Shown here: positions 36,174-50,300 of the stretch, piece after piece
How positions within the stretch are numbered: the first letter of the stretch is position 1
How the letters are laid out: every line of letters begins with the position of its first letter
Assembly: GCF_030028105.1 (NCBI RefSeq)
Contig: NC_092383.1
Location: 87,563,921-87,627,920 of the forward strand
Direction of reading: 5' to 3'
Length of the DNA stretch: 64,000 nucleotides
From: Mobula birostris
Taxonomy: Eukaryota
Notes under the pieces: generated by a model
The model's database searches: none
What the model saw: only the letters and a program-made list of their open reading frames with translations
Told to the model about the DNA's origin: nothing
Program-made: the position numbers and the translations under genes

Positions 36174-38328
36174 AATGCATGATGTTTGTTTAATTCATTG
36201 GTATATTAGAACTACACAACCACAAATCTGTCAATAATGTTCAGCCATTTGCTGGAAACTAATAGCTGGAATAAACACTGAAATGCTCAAAAATAATCCT
36301 GCTGGTTAGTGCTGGTCAGAAAAGGCACTGTAATCAGGGTCAGTAGCAAGTTGTGACTCTTATCTCTAGAAAAGGCAAGGCTAAGATTGAACTCCATTCA
36401 TACAAGGGCTGGACATGACAGAAAAGGTCAGGTGTTGGGCCGGTAGCGAGGAATGGGCTGGTTCACCTTGCTTCTCTACGACCTTTACTCAGTTCCTTAC
36501 CGAACCGAGGCTGTGGCTTCGTATCTCTGAACGGACTCACTTCATAAACTACAGTTCTGAATGCTCTTTGCTGAATTTTATTGTTTGCATGATTTTTTTT
36601 GTTTTCTGTGCAGATTGAGTGTCTGATGGTCTTCAATTTTTAATGGGTTCTTTTGGGTTTCTTTGACATGTGGCTGCCTGGAAGGGGATGAGTCAAAAGT
36701 TCAAATAATATATACATACATTGATTATAAATGTACTTTAAATTGAGGGTCATTGAGGAAGTATGTCCCTTTAATTGGGACTGTGGAATGAACAAAGGAG
36801 CCAAAACTAGTGGAGAGTATTTTCACTGAGATTCCAATACCTGATTCATGAGAAAGATCTTTATCCAACATGTTAAATACCACCTCAGGCACTGATTACT
36901 GCATAAAACATTAATCTTCGATTGTAATGTTTTTTTTTTGCTGTTACTAATTTGAAATTTGATCAATTAAAGTGCTTCTTGTATCATTGATGTTGTTGAT
37001 ATATGCCTCAATTATTTAGTTTTGTGAACATGATCATTTTATTCGTGGACAACAACCGGCATGCAGACACTTGGATATTCCAGCTGCAAATCACTGACAG
37101 TAAAATTTGCAGGAAGAAGCAATTAATCTTTCATATCCATCAGCTTCTATCAGAAAAAATAGAGATGAAATATCATCATCCAGAAACTTTCTCTTAACTT
37201 TCTTCCTTTGAATTGAGATAATTTTAGGTTGTGCCAGGGAGACAACACAGATCCAATCATCGTATCAATCTGCTGTGGACAACAGACAGTAAAAACTATG
37301 GAAGCGTTTCATCTTCTTTATAGCAGACAGTGATGAACACTGTGGGAAAAGGAAAAGAGAAGGGGAACCTCCTCCTAACACTCTGAACAGGTTCTGCATT
37401 AACTGTCTCTCGCAATGACATTCCCAGTGCCTCAGACAGCAGTAGGTGCATAGAGAGGGGAATTCACCTCATAATTTATTTTAACCCTCTCACTTAAGTT
37501 GCTATACAAAGTGTTTTTTAAGTCTTTTCACCACTCTCACCATTCAATGAGGGTATGATCCAAGATCATCTCTGTGTTACTGCCCATTATGCCACTGGCA
37601 TTTAGGGCAGCAATGAAGGTCTTCCATGTGGTAGTGCCTTCATCAGTTCAGTAACTTAGTTTTCACTGCTGTCAGTCGTGCAAGTCCCAGGTGCAGATTC
37701 AGGGATACTGTCACACATGGATATAGAAGCCTTCTTTATTGCTGTTTCTGTAACAGTTTCGATTTACCATTCAGGTTTGTTAGCCCTGAGCTGTACCCTT
37801 GAACATGAAGGACCTGTGGACCACACTTAGTCTGGCCTCTACCCTTTGACCTGTTTGTCATGTGTGACCCTACCAAGAGCCAAAGCATAACTCACTGACT
37901 TCAGCCATCATAGCTCTCCGGGTCACTGAGGCATGCCAGCCTCCAAACCCTGTGGCAAAGTTGTGTCCTCTTGGAGGAGTGATTGCATAGAGAGGGGAAA
38001 TTACCCTCAAGCTGTAAACTGTATATTTTTTATCATCACCTCACAATTTATTTTAATCCTCTCAGTTAAGTTGCTGTACAATTTTCTTAATCTCTCCATC
38101 ATGCTCACCATTCATTGAAAATATATTCCATTATTGTACAGAGAAAATTTCAATTTCTTAGTAAACATATTTCCTCAGTTGCTTCACTGTGCTTTCACAA
38201 TTGGGCTTCCGACTGCCTTCTTCCTCATTTATTTTCACCATAACATTTCTATTGAAAAGTTATTTTACACTAAGGACCAGAAGTTGAGTGCCAGACAAAC
38301 TGCTGGTTTGATCTGTGCGAACAACACA

Positions 38329-41300
38329 ATGTGGGTTCCGATTCTTCTCATCTGTTCGCTGCCTGGTGAGTGACCGCCCGAGCTAGACATGCTGATAATC
38401 AGTATTAGCTTCTGTCTCGTGCACCATTTGCACGGCAGAGGTGGTTGAATATGTGTAGATTGTAAAGGCAGAAAATACTCAGCAGAAGTTATTGATAAAT
38501 GTTGGGGAATGGTCTTGCGATTTCTTTTCTTTCTACACACAAAGCCGCAGCAGTAAATCTGGCACTCAGCTGAGAATGAATCTGAAGGGCATTTAATATC
38601 ATGCATTATTTAATAATGTCACAATGCAATGTTAGTATTCTGTATGTACAACAAAAATATTTTTAAAACAGTCCAATATTCTTGGAGCGTGATCATAACA
38701 ACAATTTCACACACTCTAAATTTCAACTCTCTTTATTTAAAGTGCAGCTGATGAAATGTTTTTTGAGACTTTGTCAATGATATTACTACCCCCTGGGCAG
38801 AGGACAGCCAACATTTTATTTACATTTTCTTCACATTCTTACCTCTATTGACTCACATATGTATACTTCACAGACACCCTTATTAAACCAGCCATCTCGT
38901 TGAAAATGAATACTTTGAAATTTTCAGTTCATTCACCAGCGAGGTTTAGGGGTTAATGTGGAATTTATTGCCCTGAGCCATGTGTGTCTGCCTGGGCCAT
39001 TTCAGAGGGGTGATTCAGAGACAAACTTAGCGGTGGGGCTTGTTGTGTATTTAATATTTCAGTAGTATGTTAGTAATATTGTAAATATACTGTTTGATTA
39101 AGCATTCCTGTTTGTTTAAATAATCTATATGTAAAAATAAGTGAATTACATATGTCATGGCGTTACCGCATGCTACGTGTGCCTCTCACTTAAAATAAAG
39201 AACAAACTAACACTCACGTTTCTTAGGGTTTTGTATTATTCTTCAAATTAATTTTATGATTTGGAGTTACAAAACATAACAGGTCTGGAGTCACATATGG
39301 ACCAGACCAAACCAAACAAAAATAGTAGATTTCCCCTTTTAATGTATTTAAAAGACTCTGGATTCAGGAATTTAATGAGATATTGCGATATGAACTTGTA
39401 CATTCCTTATTTTATTTATTTCAAGGTAGAGCACAGAACAGGCCTTTCCAATCAAACAGACCGTGCCACCCAGCAACCACCAATTTAACCCTAACTTGGT
39501 ACAGGACAATTTACAATGACTAATTAACCTAATTACTGGTCGATTCTTTTGGCTTGTGGGAGGAAACCGGAGCACCTGGAGAAAACACATACAATCACAG
39601 GGCAAACATACAGACCCCTACAGACAGCACTGGAATTCTACTCCAAACTCCAACGCTCCAGACTGTAATACAGTCGTACGAACCGCTACGATACCACAGT
39701 GCTCCAAGACTCTTGATATAGTTACTTGAATCTAAAATCCTATTCTCATTCCCAGGAGTATTTTGGATCTATTTATTCTTTACAGGAATGGAGAAATTTG
39801 TTACTTCTGCATCCTTCTTCCATTAATGTAGTATCTGCTGTGAAGCAAGGAATAGTAATCTGCCAAACTCACTTCACTCAAACCACAATCCAAATACAGA
39901 CCTCCAGGTGGCCCTGGCAGTATCTCCCTTTGATGTCCTACTCAATTATCCATCCTCAACTTTCGAAATTCTTGGCGCATCAGCTGATTCCTCCCACTCT
40001 CCTTGCCCATTGTCGGCATAAACCGTGTTCACCTTCCCTCCGCAAATGCTGCCGCCGGGAAGGTTACAAGCCACAGAGCCCATGAGCTGCATTTCTTTTG
40101 GTAGTTATCATGGTGATGAGGTGAACTGCAGAAGAATGTCAACTTCAAGTTTTTCTGTGAGAAGGGATGATTTGTAATTGCATCATATGTGGTGATACCT
40201 TGTAGCTAACTAATTAATTGAAGCTCCACCTACTGCTCCAATATGGGGACGTGTAGGGCACCATTTCCACAGCACGATTAAACAAACATTAATGCAGTCA
40301 TGGAAAGATAACATGTACATTCTGTTTGTGTGCATTTGAGCAGCCTGTTAGGATCTGGGTTGAATGAAGGGCAGCACCTTCCACACTGCCACACTCCCTC
40401 ACTACTGCACTGGAAGATCAGCCCAGAATTTCTGTTCAGCTACCTAGAGGGAAAGTGAACGCAAGAAGTACATGGACATAGAACACAGACGCACCTAACA
40501 CAATAGCAATAACAAGCAAGTCTTTAAACATGAAGTATTGGAGCATATTCTGTGGACGTGATAACAAGCTGCATTAATATTTTTGTTCCTAACTCCCTTG
40601 CTGCAATACTAGACACTAGACACTAGAATACTACAGCACAGTACAAGCCCTTCGGTTCTCGATGTTGTGACGACTCATATGTTCCTTAAAGAACAAGTAC
40701 TAAACAATTGTTTGCTTCACTGTAGTGGGGATACTCCTCATAGGCGCAATAGGAATTTCATTTTAAAATGGATTTGTTTCTGCAGAGAGCACTTGTGCCT
40801 TCTTCACCAGTCAATGAGAGGCACTACCAGCTGAGCTGCTGTCTCACAGCACACACCGTCCATTTCGGTCCTTGAGTTTCTCCAGGCTTCTGTGATAACT
40901 TGGTTTTCCTCCATGTGCTTCACACTCCTACCACGTCCAAAACTATTCAGATTGGGGGGTTAATGGGCCACAGATGATGGGATGACAAGTGTATGATCGA
41001 GTCTCTGGTGGTGGGGCTGGAAGTCAGTAGGAATGCGGAATGTACTATTGGTTAGACAATTCCAACAACTCCCCTTTCCTCTGAGGGAACATATAGATTA
41101 TAGATTAGCATCGGACCATTCAGGCCCTTTGGCCTACAATGTTGTGCTGAGCTTTCAACCTACCCCGAGATTGATCTAACACTTCCCTCCCACATAGCCC
41201 TCCATTTTCCTTTCATCCATGTGCTTCTCACGTTTCTTGTTTGATTTCCCGGTGGCTGCTCCTGCCTCCGATTTCGAGGCACAAGAAATTGTGAATGCTG

Positions 41301-44300
41301 GAACCCGAGCAAAACACAAACTATGTGAAGAACTCTGTGGGGGGAAGGAGCAAGTGAGGAGGCAAAGGGATGTTTTCAGTGAAGAATTTGAATCCGGACA
41401 GGGAGGGTCGAGTGCAGAAACATAATGAATGGAAGAGAAACTTGGGATGACCCGAGTGAGTGACAAAGGAACACAATGATTTGAGTTAACCGAAACTGGA
41501 TTATAACATATCACCTGAGTAATGCATATGGACCCTATGCAAAATTAAGGAAACGAGTTCTTGAAGACTATAACCTACAAAACGTTTCCTCTATTCAATA
41601 GTTGTCCTTCCTACATTTGTAAAGAGCTCTACGGGCCTGTTCAGGGAGCCAAAAAGCATTGGGTTCTGAGGGTTTTAGAGCACCTGAATTGGGTAATTTG
41701 TTATTTCTTTAGAGTTTCTTTTGTTTTAATTGAGCAACTTGCTCTTTGTAATGCAGTTTCATGGTGCCTCCTCTTTAAGCTTGTTAAGTTTATCTTGATA
41801 GGCTCAGGGATTCCATGTTTCTTTTATTATTTAAGTGCACGGCCAATTAGCAGTAATCACAGGGTCCTAGATTTGAGAACGTTACATCTCACGGTGTTGC
41901 TTGGATGAGCCACCAATGCCCTGTTGGAATTCTTATGAATAAACTCTGGTTGCCATCTCCACATCAGAGTCTGTCCATTCTCCACTCTCGGGTTCAAACA
42001 TTGCCAGCTCAGATCATTACCAGATTACAGCATGGAGTGAATTATGGATCACCTGAAAGGTCCTGGTACAACACCTCCAAAGAACCTTGCAAAAGATTTT
42101 GAGGATTAGAAACAAAAGTACTAACACCAATGTAATGGAGGAGGACAAAATGAGCCACATTCCCACCATGATAGAGCAATGCCAAATCTGATGGATCTGG
42201 CATCTCACTTGAATGCCTAAATCATGACTCCCCCAAATAAATCCTTTATTCCAGTTGATGGAAGTTCAGCAAGCTACTCTTGGTGGACAAAGAACGTTTC
42301 CAATATCAACATCAGACTGAAGAAATTCAACATTACTTCTGAAAGCTGGGAAGACATTGTACTCAATAGAGATACCAGTAAGAAATCTGTTCAAGAGGGA
42401 GATGTGCTACATGAGAGCAACCTCCAGTGTGCTGCAGAGAACAAGCTGCAGCTGCCAAAGGAGAGAATAGACGGTCAGAGAAACCAACCAGTAACCACAG
42501 CAACCACTTTCTTATGTCTACACTGCACTATGATATGTGGATCCCAGTTCGGCCTTTGCAGCCACCTGAGGACCAGTGGACAACCAATTAGGAGAACGTC
42601 ATGCTGGAATAGAGTGATCATACCGCTTGCTCCTCAAACAGAATATGATACACCTGCTATCATCCCTCTAAGTTTAATATCACCTACATATGTCATGAAA
42701 TTTGTTGTCTTTGCAGCAGCAGTTCAATGCAATACGTAGTAAAAGATAAAAAAAAAGGTGAATTATAGTAAATATATATGAAGTTAAATTAAATAAGAAG
42801 TGCAAAAATAGAAGCAAAAAGTAGTGTGGTAGTGTTCTTGGGTTCAATGTCCATTCGGAAATCAGATGGCAGAGCTCAAGGAGCTGATATACCTCCCTCC
42901 TGTATGCCCTCTCATCACCATCTGAAGTACTGCCAACAATAGTCTTCTGATCAGCAAATTTATAGATGGCACTTGTACACTGCCTAGCCACACAGTCCTG
43001 GGTGTAGAGACAGTAGATCAGTGGTCTAAGCACATATCCCTGAGGTGCGTCAGTGTTGATTGGCAGCGAGGTGGAGATGTTATTTCCAATCCGCACAGAT
43101 TGTGGTCTTCCAGTTCAGAAGTTGAGGATACATTTGCAGAGGGAGGTACAGAGTCCAACACTCTGGAGCTTTTCAATCAGAACTGTAGAAATGAGTGTGT
43201 TAGACACAGAGCTGTAGTCAATGAACAGCATCTTGACCGAGGTATTTGTATTGTCCAGGTGATCCAAATATCATCTCTGCAATTACCCTGGCAAGGCTCA
43301 GCAGGATTTTGTATATTTCAGTCTGATCATCTGACATTCTTCAATGGTCTGGAGTAGATGGTTCCAGTTAGGCACTAAAACATAGCCATCAGTCTCTGAA
43401 TCATAGTTACACTCTCTCTGTTATGTGATATGCAAACCAGTATGCAAGACAAGGCACTACGATAAGGAGAGCCAGCTCCTGCCCATTCAATAAGCTCCTT
43501 CTCTACACGCTCCTAATGAATCCAGATGAACGACAGAAACCGATACGGCTTGGCACCGGTGGCAGCAGAGTTCTTGATACTCAGCCTTGAAAGCAACTTT
43601 GGACTGCTGTAGGGACTCCAGCTCTGGATTTTCCCTTCTCCTAGATGAGCTGCTAACCATGGCTGATGAGCACCATCTGCCCAGAGCAACCGGCTTAAGA
43701 TGTCGCTAACCTGCCTCTGTCACTTCTCCTGTCAGTAGAAACAGTTCGGCTGGGCGTAGTCGCTAAGCCGTACGTGAAGGCCGGGAGCTGTACTGGGTTG
43801 TCAGAGTCTATTTGAGACACACACCATTGGGAGCATTTAATCGGTGATATGACCTTATCCCTGCAGCCCCCCACTCCTGGCTATAATGACCTTAAGGATC
43901 CAAAGGTTCACATTACAGGTGTGACCCATACAGGGTCTTCTACTGTGTCACAATGATAAACCACATTTGTTTCTGTAATTTCAATATTTCTCCCTCAGTT
44001 TCAAGTGCATTGTGGGCGAAAGAATATGTAAGAGGAGTTGTGGGAAGAGCGATCACAATCAATTGTCACTATGAAGCAATGTACCGCTCACACACAAAGT
44101 ACTGGTGCCCTAGTAGGAATCAACAATGTTCAGATTTAGTGGAAACAAATGGGCAACACGGACTGAGTGGACGAGTGTCAATCACAGATAACCCGGAACA
44201 GGGAATATTTACTGTTACTATGGAGAATCTTCGCTCTTGAGATACAGGATGGTACGGCTGTGGAATCACAGATAAAAGTCCCGATCCAAGATTTTATGTT

Positions 44301-47300
44301 TATCTACAAGTAATTGATAGTAGGTTTCTCAGTGACTGATTTTGTGCTTTTTAAGTTATTTGCTTGCATTAAATTCTTCTTTTCCATCAAATCTGAAAAT
44401 GCCTCTCTCAGTTTCAGGTGCATTGTGGGCAGAGAAATATTTAAGTGGAGTTGTGGGAAGAGCGATCACAATCGATTGTTACTATGAAGCAAAGTACCGC
44501 TCACACACAAAGTATTGGTGCCATGGATGGACTCTCCAATGTTCAGTTTTAGTGGAAACAAATGGACAACACAGACGGAGTGGACGAGTGTCAATCGCAG
44601 ATAACCCAGAAGAGGGAATATTTACTGTTACTATGGAGGATGTTCACTCTCGAGATACAGGACGGTACAGCTGTGGAATTACAACACCAGGTGCCAATCC
44701 GATGTTTAGTGTATATCTACAAGTATCTAATGGTAGGTTTCCAGCTGTTAGATGTGTGCTCCCATTAAACTGTATGATCCATGTTTTCTCTGGGAGGGGT
44801 CAGGACAGCAAGGATACCCTGAAGTGCTGAGTCCTGTGGGGAGTGGGCTGGGGTCGAGAAACCCCATTCCTGTTGCTCTCATCCAGTGCAGCGTCTGACC
44901 CTCTGACAGGACACCGGAGGCTCAGCACATTTTCCTGCCTCTGAACTGTACGAAATGTCACCCTGTCAGAGGTTTACATTCAGACTAAAACTAATAATTC
45001 AACAATAACAGATCAGTGAGACACAAGTGTTACTCATGGTCTATATGCCTCAAAGATACCAAGTCCCCTTGCACCTCTGATTTTGAATTATCTCACCATT
45101 CAGAAGAGACGTTCATTCCTCCTACCAAAGTGCATGACCATACAGTTCTCTCACAATATTCCATCTGACACTTTCTTCTCCGTTCTCCCAATCTGACTAA
45201 GTCCTGCTACAGGCTCCATGCTGCCACAACACTTATCTGTCCTTCCACCTATCTTTGTACCACCTGCAAACCTGCTCACAAAGCCATCAACTCTGTCAAA
45301 TAATTCGTCTGTATGTAATGTGGAAAGAAGCGGTCACAATACCGAAACCACTCGTCACCAGCAGCCAGTGTCCTGTGAGTCTGTCCAGGGAAACCTTCGC
45401 ATTCAGTACACGTGGTACGAAAACATCCCACCTGTCAATTCAAAACTGTCAGACACAAATAATCTGAATCTACATAATCAGTCCTTCAAGCATCATCACC
45501 ATTAATGCTTTTGCACAGCTTCAAATAATCTTGGAGCAAATTCCAGTGAAATGATCCTTATGATTGTCACCAACAGAGCAGGGATCTTATTCATGTGACA
45601 GATGTCAACATCCAACAGTTTTGCTTCCAGATGGCTGCTAACCTTGTCCTTGGGGCTGATGGTCATGGGCTTCTGTGTAACTTGTCCAGGGAGTAGTCTT
45701 CTGCCGGTGGTGATGAGAGAGACTGTTGCTTGCTTAATAATATATTGGGCTGTTCTTTTAGGTTGCTGTTTGTGTTGCAGCAGCGATTTCCCCCTGCCTC
45801 AGACTGTGGTAAATGTTTGACATGAGAATAGTTGTCACTCTCTGAAACGTGGCCTCTGACACCCTCTTCTAACCGCAGTATTGCTTTGTTGTGTGAAGTT
45901 ACATTGCTGCTTTCTGCTTAAGATCTCTTATTCAGTCTGAGACACTACCAATACCCAATTTCTCTCAATTAGGATGCATTGAAAGCAGGCATGGAATCTC
46001 ATGGAAAATGGACTTAAAACTTTGTCAATGTTACAAAGTTCCAAGTTCAAAGTAAAATATATTATCAGAGTACTTACACGTCACCACATACAACCCTGAG
46101 ATTCTTTTTCTGCAGGCATACTTAACAAATCTATAACACAGTAACTATAAACAGGATCTGTAAACTATCAAATTCAGGAACTGTATACTGTGAACAATCT
46201 GTGTAAATGCGGGTATAAATAATTAGCAAGAAATAATGAGCATGAAGTGACAAGCTAAAAGCGTCCTTAAATCAATGTAGCAATTAACTATACAGAGGAT
46301 ATTTCTGTGAACATTCTTTGGGATACTTTTAAAGCTTATATTCGTGGTCAGATTATCTCATATTCTGCTGCTTTGAGGAAGAAGCTGAAGCAGGAGGAGT
46401 TGGCAATCGTGGACAAGATTAAGGAAATTGATAAGAAATATGTTATAGCTCCTTCTGAGGAGTTATATAAACAAAGAACTGAACTTCAAATGGAACACAG
46501 TTTATTACTTTCGTCCTCGATTGTAAATCAATTAAAGAAAACAAGAAGTGAATTTTATGTACACAGTGACAAAATTGGCAAACTGTTGGCTAATCAACTG
46601 AAGTCTAATTATGCTAAATCTCAAATTAATCAGATTTATAACCAAAATGACCGACTGATACTTGATCATGTGGGAATTAATCAAACTTTCTGTGATTTTT
46701 ATTCTTCCTTATATCAATCAGAGTCTCCTCGAGATTCTAAATATATGAATGATTTTTTAGATAATCTAGACTTCCCTGAGATTTCACAGGATATGTCTTC
46801 TATGTTAGATACTCCCATTACCACGGATGAGATTAAGAATGTTATTTTCTCTATGAATTTGGGGAAAGCTCCTGGCCCTGATGGGTTTACCGTAGAATTT
46901 TATAAATGTTTCGCACCTCTATTAATCCCTTGGCTCTGTAGGGTTTTTGAGGCTTCATTAAAACTTGGTAAACTTCCTGAATCTTTCAATAGAGCGTCAA
47001 TCTCTCTAATATTAAAGAAGGATAAAGATCCTGCTCAATGTGCATCTTATAGACCAATATCTTTATTAAATGTTGATTCTAAAGTTTTTTCTAAGTTATT
47101 AGCAAATAGATTAGAAAAAGTACTTCCTTTTATTATTTCGGAAGACCAAACGGGTTTTATTAAAGGTCGTTACTCTTTTTATAATATTCGCACACTGTTA
47201 AATATTGTTTATACTCCCTCACAAAATGTTCCTGAGTGTGTTATCTCTTTAGATGCTGAGAAAGCTTTTGATAGAGTAGAATGGCCTTATTTATTTAAGG

Positions 47301-50300
47301 TGCTTGAAATGTTTAATTTTAGCTTGAAATTTATATCCTGGATTAAATTGTTATATCATTCTCCTGTGGCCTCGGTCCGTACTAACTCTCTAAGCTCACC
47401 TTTTTTCCCTCTTTTTCGAGGTACTCGACAAGGGTGTCCTCTTAGTCCTTTATTATTTGATATTGCATTAGAACCTCTTGCAATTGCCATTCGAGAATCT
47501 CCAAATATTACTGGGATAACTCGGGGCTTAAAGTCCCATAAAATATCACTCTATGCTGATGATTTACCTTTATATATTTCTAATCTCCAAAAATCCATCC
47601 CTGCTGTTTTAGAGCTATTAGCACAATTTGGTCTTTTTTCAGGTTATAAATTAAATCTTAGTAAGAGTGAACTTTTCCCGATTAATAAACAACTTCCCTT
47701 ATATCATAACTTTCCATTTAAATTGATTAATAATTATTTTTCATATCTTGGGATTAAAATTACTTGTAAATACAAAGATTTATTTAAGATTAACTTTTTA
47801 CCCTTAATTGACCATATTATTCAACTTTCATCTGAATGGTTTCCTTTATATTTAACTTTGATTGGTCGTATTAGTGCAGTTAAGATGTTTTTTTTGCCAA
47901 AATTTTTATATATATTTCAGGCATTACCAATTTTTGTTCCAAAATCTTTTTTTGATAAAGTTGACTCCAAAATTTCTTCGTTTATTTGGCAAAGTAAAAA
48001 CCCGAGACTGGGTAAAATACATTTACAGAAAGCTAAGAGAGATGGAGGCTTAGCATTACCTAACTTTAGATTTTATTATTGGGCAATTAATATTCGACAT
48101 ATGAAATTTTGGTTACTTGACCAGGATATACTATCCATTCCTAAATGGGTAGCATTGGAATTACAATCTGTTCAGGGCTATACACTTGGCTCTATTTTAG
48201 GTTCCTCTCTTCCTTTTGATTTGAAACGCCTTAAACAGGCGTCTAACCCGATAGTTAAATATACCTTACGTATTTGGTTTCAATTCAGAAAATTTTTTGA
48301 TCTTAACCAATTTGGGCTAGCGATTCCTATTTTAGGTAACATATTTTTTCCTCCCTCTTTTACGGATCGTGCTTTTCAAATTTGGAAGACTAAGGGTATT
48401 TCACGGTTTTTGGATTTATTTTTAGATGGTTCCCTTATGCCTTTTGAACAATTACCTAATAAATATAATTTATCAAGAATACATTTTTTTAGATATCTAC
48501 AAGTTAGAAATTTCTTAAGTACTATACTTTCTTCCTTTCCAATGCTTCCTCCTACATACATTTTAGATACTATAATTAACCTTAATCCATGTCAGAAAGG
48601 TGCATCGGCTATTATTTATAATATTATTATGAAACTTAGGAAAGCTCCATTTGATAAGATTAGGTCAGATTGGGAACAAGAATTGGGATCTATTATTTCC
48701 GTGGATGACTGGGGGCAGATTTTACAATTAGTCAATACTTCCTCTACCTGTGCTAAACATTCCCTAATTCAATTTAAAGTTGGTCATAGAGCACATATGT
48801 CCAAAGATAAATTAGCTCGCTTTTATTCTCATATTAATCCTTTTTGTGATAGATGTCCGGGGTAGATAGCCTCTTTAACTCCTATGTTTTGGTCTTGTCC
48901 TACTCTGGAAACTTTTTGGAGAGACATTTTTAATATTATCTCCAAGGTATTGAATATAGACATCTCTCCTCACCCTATTACTGCTATCTTTGGACTACCT
49001 AAAATTTCCAGTAATCTTTCTCCTTCAGCCCGTAGAATGATTGCATTTCTTACTTTAATGGCGAAAAGATGTATCTTACAACATTGGAAAGAGCTTAATG
49101 CTCCAACTACCTTTTTTTGGTTTTCTCAGACGATATTATGCTTGAATTTGGAGAAAATTAGAAGCAATCTTTATGACTCCTCATTTAACTTTGAACAGAC
49201 CTGGAGATCTTTTATTCAATATTTTCATTTAATGTAATATATACCCTTCTTGTTTTTTTTTACTGTTTTTAATGGAGGTCGGGATTGAGGACGTGATTTT
49301 AAGTTTTTTAACTCTGTTTGGTTTCAAGTTAGCCCATTGCTTTGCTTTGCTTTTAGTTAGTTGCACGGTGGGGTTTTTTGGGGTTTTTTTTTCCTTTTCT
49401 CTATTGATATATATATAAAAATTAGTATACTATTATTTTACCTTGGTACGTTATGTTTAAATTACATTCTTTGTATCATTTTTTTTGTATTAATGTCTCC
49501 TGTAATTTTATTATATTCTAACAGTGCCTATATGGCTTACCTTTTTGTATACTTATTCAATAAAAAGATTTAAAAAGAAAAAGAAATTAATGTAGCTATC
49601 CCCTTTTGTTCAAGGGCCTGATGGTTGTGGGATAACTGTTCTCGAACCAGGTGGTGCCAGGCCTGAGGCTCTTGTCCCTTCTACATGATGGCAACAGCAA
49701 GGGAAAATCATGGCCTGGATAGTAATGATCTTTAAGGATGGAGGCTGTTTTTCTGTGACAACACTTCATGTAGATGTACTCCATAGTTGGGAGAGTTTTA
49801 CCCATGATGTTCTGGGCCAAATCCACTAACTTTTGTAGGAATTTCTGCTCTAAGCAGACGCTTGTAGAAATTAAACTTGTCTTTGTAAATTATAGGCCTT
49901 TTTTAATTACATGGAATTGTGAGATGCAGTCTCCAATAATCATTTCTTAGTTCAGGAAAAGTTGTGGAAGAGTTTATCCAAGATATTATCTGGGATAGGA
50001 TGTTTTAGCAATGAGGAGAGAAAATGAAGAGAAGCAGTGAAATAATCTACCAAAGCCATTCAATATTTGTTGTGTCTTTGATAAAGTGAGTTTCCATCTC
50101 TCTTTGACATTGTAACAAAATGGAACTTACTGCAAAATAAGTGGCACCATGGTATCACATCAGTTAGCGCGATGCTATTACAGCTGGGGCGTCAGAGCTC
50201 TGAATATAATCCCAGCGTCCTCTCAAAGGACTGTTTACGTCCTCACTGTGAACAAACAGGTCTCCTCCCACAGTCCAAAGGTGCACTAGTTGGCAGATTA

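Larger units (their letters stand above)
17481..37523 (+). repeat. Tandem segmental duplication, copy 1 (20,043-bp unit)
   Basis: Every ORF-track entry recurs at +20,043; identity with copy 2 starts at cttttcaccactctcacc (17481 vs 37524). Confidence 0.97.
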
